Below the pieces are notes generated by a model. That model had not been told where the DNA came from, did no database searches, and saw only the letters and a list, made by a program, of their open reading frames with translations. Shown here in pieces: positions 61,801-64,000 of a stretch of 64,000 nt of DNA; positions within the stretch are counted from its first letter, which is position 1, and every line of letters starts with the position of its first letter. This DNA is from Naegleria gruberi (Eukaryota), in NCBI GenBank assembly GCA_000004985.1, contig GG738864.1; one strand, 5' to 3'. Made by a program: the position numbers and the translations under genes.

Positions 61801-64000
61801 ACTCTGTGGGTAATCTATTCACACAAAGTGAAAACTTGATGCTCTACTTTTTGAGAGAATTGACCTCTGTTGTTGGTCTATCTGAAACTAGAGATATTAT
61901 CAATAATAGCCAGCTACTTGGAAGTATCAAGTTTATTCAACAATGGAAAGAGAAGGAAGACGTTGCTTCATTCCTCAAAGATTCTGTTTTATCATTGTCA
62001 AATCCATTCCTCAATCTTCCTTTGTACGAACAAATTTCCAAATCTATTTCTGAGATTAGACTCTCAAACACCGATACTCTATTCACAAAACTCTACACAT
62101 TCCATAGAGAACGTAATTCATTGCATCTCTTCTTAGCTGGAGTGCTTGTCGTAGTTTTGGAAGAAGTTACGCTTTCAAACAAGATGGGAACTAGAAAATT
62201 TGAAAATCTCAAAACTTGGGTAGATAGAAATCAACAATATTTCCAATTATTAGGTGGAATTTCAATTCATCCACTTCTCTCCCAATTGATTACTAATAAG
62301 GTATCTAACTTTGCAAATATTAATCCAGAAACACTGATGACACAAATTCAACAATTGAGATGTATCATTCATTTAATGTTCATGATATTCACCAATTCAC
62401 AATCACTGGGGTTCTTCAGTGCATGCTTGTTGAGCCCTCAGAATTTGTTGAATAACATGTTCCCAACCATGAACGATGATGTCATGTCAGGATTGAGTAG
62501 TATCACCAATGGTAGAATTTATCAATGTCCATCTGGTCACTTGTACATTATCACAGAATGTGGAAGAGCTGCAACAACAGGACGCTGTCCAGAATGTGGA
62601 CAAGAGATTGGAGGATCCAACCATAACCTACTCAATACAAATAGAGAATACTTTGCCAATGACCAATCAGCTCCAACTAATCTCTGTCGTAGAAATGCTA
62701 CAGAAGAAAGTGGACCAGCAGATGTGTACTTGAGCCAGAGAAGTCTCTCACCAATTGAGGTTAGATTTATCAGATTAGTTATGAGTGGATTATTGTTTGC
62801 ATCCAGCTCATTCCTTGGTAAGGATTGTGCAATGATTATCAACACTAGATATGCCAATCCAAGAGATGTTTCTTCCTTCTTCTTTGAACACTTTATCAAT
62901 GATTGGAATATACTCTCTAGACTGTTATCAAAGAATGACGAACAAGTAAGCATTATCGTTCACAATCTCATTACGAGAATGACTTTATCAAATGTGGTGT
63001 TGGATAATCAATTGATGGTCAAGACATCTCGAGAAAATTTTGAAAGATTGTTGAGTGAAACCATCTTGCAAGGTGCTCTCAAGAGTGATAAAATTATGCA
63101 AGAAGTGGAAAACATGATTAGAAATCACCAAACTTCAGTAGAAGGAAGAAATAATCACAAGAATGAAAAGCTTTCACATGCCATTCAGTTTACAGAAATT
63201 GCAGACAGGGATGTAGTGAAACTTCAACCTTCTCTGTTTATGAAATTGGAAAATATCACTTTTGATCACTTTTCAAATACATTCAAACAATCCAAGAATG
63301 ATTATCCAATTCTAAGCACAGTCATTGAGGAAATTGTATCACTACAAGCCCTTCAATATTTACCAGATATTTTCAAAATGTACGTTGAAGTTTGCAAGAG
63401 ATGTGACAAGAAATTGAGAAAAGAGCAAACTATAGAACAAAATATTGGACAATTCATTAATGATATTCAAGATCCTATCGAGAGAGAAAATCTTGCTATT
63501 CACTTTGATGGTTTTGCTAGAGCATGGAATATGGTTTTCAAATATGTGGAAATGTATGAATGTTTGGTTATTCCTGAACAAATGAAAACTATTAGAATGG
63601 GACTGGATAAACCATTAGTATTCATTCTTCCACACGAGAAGGATGAATCCATTTTTGGAATTGCATTAACCCACTATCTCATTGGTATTCATAACAAGTT
63701 TGTTAAACTTACCAATAGTGCAGAAACAGATGTGAGAGTTATTTCTAGCTCTGATTTGGATACTTCTCTAGCATTCAAGTTTAGTTTGAAAGAAGATTTA
63801 ATGCCTTTCGTGAGAGATCACTGTAGAAGACCTATTTCATTTAAATCCACAGACTCGATCAAGTATGACTTTGAGTTTATTCAACAACACGTTGTGGATC
63901 ATTTCTTATCCGGCAAACCACTTGTAGAAATCAAGATCAAGATGATTGAACTAATGGGAGAATTGAGAGCTTCTGGTGCAAAGGAAAGATTTACCAACCT
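49836..64000 (+). CDS. Giant RNF213 (mysterin)-like AAA+/RING/RZ-finger E3 ubiquitin ligase. 5' part of the gene, ORF continues beyond the window.
   Basis: The first ATG after an in-frame TAG is at 49836. No in-frame stop appears through 64000 (at least 4721 codons), and the track lists no ORFs in this frame because the reading frame never closes. The N-terminus is low-complexity over about 280 aa. P-loop-like motifs: MAGCGKSH (about 55250), GESGGGKT with downstream Walker B AFIDEC (about 56491 and 56655), and GYPGTCKS with Walker B VVLLDEIGLA (about 57545 and 57765). C3HC4-type RING at about 61024-61170: CFICLSV...CCKRYICYDCADEFCQ...CGWC. RZ-type zinc finger at about 62521-62640: YQCPSGHLYIITECGRAATTGRCPECGQEIGGSNH. 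Confidence 0.75.
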   Translation, partial: MLSDQDYQKHKRRKEEEEKKRKEREDESSLPSSSSNSTPQQYEHQTLNNNIVIIDGDDTDSNDAVIITSPTIQEQQTAKFGFLVNSQEDNNNSSSSPHVTGSSNKKRKTTSHSPLTTNISPIKQEEDMSSTVPPNQQEQTANNNMVMMDNNNSNEKPSTPKQGTTTTNSDEDDVIMIESNEATLSPSLLHKMQGSLKIEESQQQEQTNTSASTTTIPSSSELSDNNDTSSKPSEENDQQQQQEGTNNNNTVLLNSVKTITENTGVRIVVHAFIPPQYTDDLQPALRYSYKEITGSGKNKKEEVKKVDIPLGHTPVEGLDIWFCVVKLPLQVDFVSFKIIVRDESKAIHTDKEVRSITLPKYTTPAVHHIYINFNPKSEKRQGILDMFKTKLSMTETFLTELFTPSKIDTGDLLPSDTENNVFENLIRINRKRIQIFHSRLDGFMQSMAHLSDLNFYTKIHIKQNYTSTNRHNLKSPYVYEDTKKFLLSLPEKIIQDKTDFELKLIMTLVFFEKIYSISGHNDKKNFDEMIDLLKELDVYTLNTIFHHILKKEAEKSTPINLIRDSFRNSIQALINVFSATTNDKRKFSYWIMAAPFISLELKFHGSTSPLDMLIMQSDKKRFDTEFATLTSIVEEKRALISNRSHVVSGTDIGIIFSTIFKMASSLNDINCILTLTSDMQSNEGRFRSFTTQLCEFISNMDSWEDSDFDSFTYLLENHSYVLSSTSMLASYFKNKALSEVSHYHSENILKHLLMFLENEEFVANNKEKDLISLSKLIANFFSTLFGKKKSSYNLFKKSVYSMKDIVAFYSKLAESLSKTCMNDYQLIIIESISNNSSFTSSGSDPYSRITSLIEICEEFELDERATLGNILAQLTLDTVKSLGVSNKVINKLLDTVSRFYADSIDITIDVVSKKVLMYIIETLSEGSSMTIEILFKHHLLWSRLFQLNDIFTDKKLIEGVQLVDKFSQQINNHTIALNDLRIILRDDNQDRFVSLATYSGVSVISKNTLIDIDFQVQYFETLLKQCHDFCNHYCQHDNVNNEFRLLLEKIEAEIQNNAVFSSINSSFNNFAFLKELPTLQHLCKSELFLQFWNETIDQMVESLVTETESTSKIIFTINDLKSRVYPQVVQKWLQLYNNLNMKTISFLELQTLFSDNTEEETFQDMLFLKRTCQSTDNMLDGDATQFHLINENNQSYIQWSREHAQLISSFLTIVKQKEYIPMIVSILSKFNSNFSTSVFTDSYYVKIEKIHKYILEKWESGNLFDIVDMVNEAKSALQHLGKNELLLIEFLNESDDLLNWLWQHNDSSQFNELIRVCREVTDDAIILQSFASLTSAREYLYELVYPSRKFTSCESFLRAINTANLNKDDTEIQRRLTDCKVIRSNLENVKQVFKEKTRSPSVTAVLKLLEIISGATISVTTINSISEDNYIICNVKGKITHLSDLIDIRTTVLNTTIPNELKEKHINLDAAIDTFCKLVNILSSMKRTLIELGINGSMIVDNYEFTITLNVDNLEYLLFQFMEEEKRLSEMNSNWKLTIKNIRLEYNLLNYFNMRELRKLIKWLDMIKEGNSIVGERVYSMLKIIDNNLTLQQYKSFEKEWIDYDIMVDDDIQLISLGSCLNSHFNLIEDSHEQIDFLPSSDLGMSTMNVEKNNSKQNLIVIACQNDQEVESIVYSLYAVKSILPQVEEVLMCRPNTDFEDIELVVRRWSKSEHKKQIFTLANIQHLDYTLQCKVVDMLKNYLQTSTTLATLAIVSSTQQQRIINAFSNFRFDGSPLSSEDLKDSLLQIAKPGKFSSGVNVYTSPMAGCGKSHTIFERSHIEKKKLVYISLRESVNITELINQLNEKTRNSQPVTLHFNIAPNVDTIVNSILFELIVIGSLRDHQCNVYHRRPIDSIAIEIPNQVGNRTLVRSVPFCKYLPRVECIVSAHTLSIERKYEIGTNGSVMVSNNRKLKYVCSLLLAHQNGVFVNNNGTDFVNFTPNMDNMNKEECLTILTRYCNAGGQISYALINNFVEFTFEFFENMMDYEVLRFLPSLDPGFATLPQSIVGMILEMSKDFAIRQLVFNFNTDNPSLEEYSNRFSSIRKWEESSHPVIIFTKETFQCNGFNVISLDQSSVNRFFPEHLRALLHEQGININFDFKKTVEEKGQRAAELEGLKFLQMISGSFSLDEEMGEIMKIMLISKLDETDYVLTQDNLMKMIAIIYRFKSNLPVILHGESGGGKTYLISHLCKFLDYQLYRMTLHGGNTEQDIFNFLNNIVIEANSHAMATYVAFIDECNTCSAMAIVKEVVCDGLLNGVKIPENVKIVAALNPYRLKNEKAKQLEQSIQSQTGIIYKHPSFANIPDPLENLVYRVHPLPDSFVDHLYDFGSLSDGVERLYIGSMLRQSLKKYLKADENGKITNETVRQAVNFFESLIHASQVFIRQTMHEESSVSLRDVRRCIQVFYWLVEEYHNPTSVFRDVLNLDHHHGNEIFNTHNKHFKNYVMLSLSFAFYSRLNRQERSGYLRYLSKECPTIVPSEFEKLLTKYQTKLTEQMNISEGIALNEALTENIFVLFLALVNHIPLLIQGYPGTCKSLAVDLISKSMRGKASNNKQLQHLPDINIFAFQCSPLSEAKSIAQTFRAARQYAKESSGSSSLSVVLLDEIGLAADSPKLPLKILHQELENTAEISVVSISNYSLDSSKMNRMCVLYRSTPSAKDLKDTAKGIMRFHKSFKLQSYLEPIATSYLELYKNQRIKQFFGLRDFYNLVKFLYRIINNKMTYHGRPIEFEKSLVLSVLRNFGGIPSEDMDNVLKIFERNTGIKFTEYEKPNSCNLLRLNLKDSADARHLLVLTNNNSALNLLFDYEILSLSSTIVLFGSDFPDEKNDNFSLSLQLQKIKLAMSEGNTVVLVHCDSLYESLYDLLNQHYVVVENKKFSRLAFGNSSVTCPVHDNFRIIIIAEASDAYTKLAIPFLNRMEKHVILRDDMMNEDNTNLHSQLSAFVEKLMAQLNEKEISKVFIGSHKETLKSLVQSIEPKDSMVDEEITEQMDIAFDKLLWNMTPEAVIKSKNERIMKHYFEGQEHSSLPSFLNNVFTDIQKWQDKFGGIQAIVTTFSSLLSEVELLIRDHVTVVKEKQVHLQFLELHDMKTSSDLNTELDHFFASNHKESMLVLLCDPVAASTRRIHYAQYTCESKRNTFNAAGTGNIRHVIFLVNLSRIPTESSKYSFDFDRRWNYVFIDDVSNSEQQQGFPELFELVNTPFSNLINNTLSVEQIILENLHNSLSRIVYPFPRSSSQIQSQLSMLRKWLSQSSRYSARFTKLIREKVIDIVKHSIKNDEQWYLQVINNDKNILQICGTLRSAIHYFISRIVFMAFSSILSVMDRYNNLQLLDQENDSETPQLWLDVFEYDVHSKLFESAAFSMNQSGYVNILQGTSKHFDAKFPFSFIFATVANSFRVNHLVDQFSREDLEKHFEFTLPRFVKYHADIGDECIVDDDIDMNDEGSDKILLPNDLVSGYINDYHYLFGSKNCNMLPSENDQLVLIHELISKDRLPDQYYSLLDSQISYWNNEKRVKIYFQVFDSLKDKNVLEKFLNSIPSCRTIAEMDMLLCELVIVHFNPEYHITLESDPVENNTWVRNVRNMTASMTRLLDLLKDPLMSAEVNVDVAEKCSSLSHQWKCIKFFAHFLKDLVISTENLIDSDITKKYWEKLNGSGTSHFYQPNALVEFLQTLTDINKKCTREESSEDFECFICLSVPDPDSIRTTVCCKRYICYDCADEFCQYQKKSKQCGWCQKELDNDETVDTYTIPCSNILKEVEDISQKETLFIEKSTKLIETFITMFCVERGISDMLIRDIISYICENKKFLSEHKLLKFILSDSMKSSIIRALFSLKRKDPNQFDHVAAYFEENLKVLHTQSKNVDFPIAVSINQILEDEAEFYSQDEEGKINLEYILQTLSRNGFSLALGNDFVGFLNNTSIAKVAVKYFVKLLLNNKLFDQKSAKKLVDSVGNLFTQSENLMLYFLRELTSVVGLSETRDIINNSQLLGSIKFIQQWKEKEDVASFLKDSVLSLSNPFLNLPLYEQISKSISEIRLSNTDTLFTKLYTFHRERNSLHLFLAGVLVVVLEEVTLSNKMGTRKFENLKTWVDRNQQYFQLLGGISIHPLLSQLITNKVSNFANINPETLMTQIQQLRCIIHLMFMIFTNSQSLGFFSACLLSPQNLLNNMFPTMNDDVMSGLSSITNGRIYQCPSGHLYIITECGRAATTGRCPECGQEIGGSNHNLLNTNREYFANDQSAPTNLCRRNATEESGPADVYLSQRSLSPIEVRFIRLVMSGLLFASSSFLGKDCAMIINTRYANPRDVSSFFFEHFINDWNILSRLLSKNDEQVSIIVHNLITRMTLSNVVLDNQLMVKTSRENFERLLSETILQGALKSDKIMQEVENMIRNHQTSVEGRNNHKNEKLSHAIQFTEIADRDVVKLQPSLFMKLENITFDHFSNTFKQSKNDYPILSTVIEEIVSLQALQYLPDIFKMYVEVCKRCDKKLRKEQTIEQNIGQFINDIQDPIERENLAIHFDGFARAWNMVFKYVEMYECLVIPEQMKTIRMGLDKPLVFILPHEKDESIFGIALTHYLIGIHNKFVKLTNSAETDVRVISSSDLDTSLAFKFSLKEDLMPFVRDHCRRPISFKSTDSIKYDFEFIQQHVVDHFLSGKPLVEIKIKMIELMGELRASGAKERFTN

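Noticed and set aside
1-64000. Prokaryotic interpretation (operons, Shine-Dalgarno sites, CRISPR, a phage defence island)
   Set aside because: Spliceosomal introns with GTAAGT donors interrupt conserved proteins (acyl-CoA oxidase, cathepsin B, AP mu). The window contains tubulin, MCU, an F-box protein, a eukaryotic-type tRNA without encoded CCA, and Pol III T-run termination. No direct-repeat/spacer arrays are present.

Overview
This is a eukaryotic nuclear window, not prokaryotic. It is AT-rich and compact, at about one gene per 2-2.5 kb, with the standard genetic code. Introns are few and short (42-83 bp, plus one possible 278 bp intron), with GTAAGT/GTGAGT/GTAGGT donors and YAG acceptors. 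Codon usage favours AGA (Arg), GGT (Gly), CAA (Gln), CCA (Pro) and TTG (Leu). That pattern fits an early-diverging fungus, an amoebozoan or a heterolobosean-type protist, but I cannot assign the organism from sequence alone. There are no CRISPR arrays, rRNA genes, operons or recognisable transposons. Many ORF-track starts are TTG/GTG rather than ATG (for example 3759, 14906, 18180, 23749, 34095, 38144, 47582); I re-derived ATG starts and splice junctions by hand where possible. About 30 protein genes and one tRNA are supported. The most interesting ones are listed below. (1) A continuous ORF of at least 14.1 kb running off the 3' end of the window that is RNF213/mysterin-like (AAA+ modules, RING, RZ finger). 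(2) A 1610-aa polytopic membrane protein with a PAS domain and a single class-III cyclase domain carrying adenylyl-cyclase specificity residues. (3) A receptor with a 7TM core and a C-terminal RGS domain, plus a large ectodomain. (4) A secreted Pro/Thr-repeat protein with two 6-Cys modules, a very basic P-[ST]-R-P repeat tract and a GDPH (VWD-like) domain. (5) An acyl-CoA oxidase with an N-terminal PTS2 nonapeptide. (6) A 1102-aa NHL-repeat type-I membrane protein followed by a degenerate tandem partial copy. (7) A mitochondrial calcium uniporter (MCU) homolog with DVVE in place of DIME. (8) A divergent beta-tubulin. Housekeeping genes include an adaptor-complex (AP) mu-subunit (4 exons), a cathepsin B-like protease (5 exons), a scramblase-like protein, an NmrA-like protein, a START-domain protein and an EF-hand light-chain-like protein. 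A tRNA-Gly(GCC) lies at 15305-15375.
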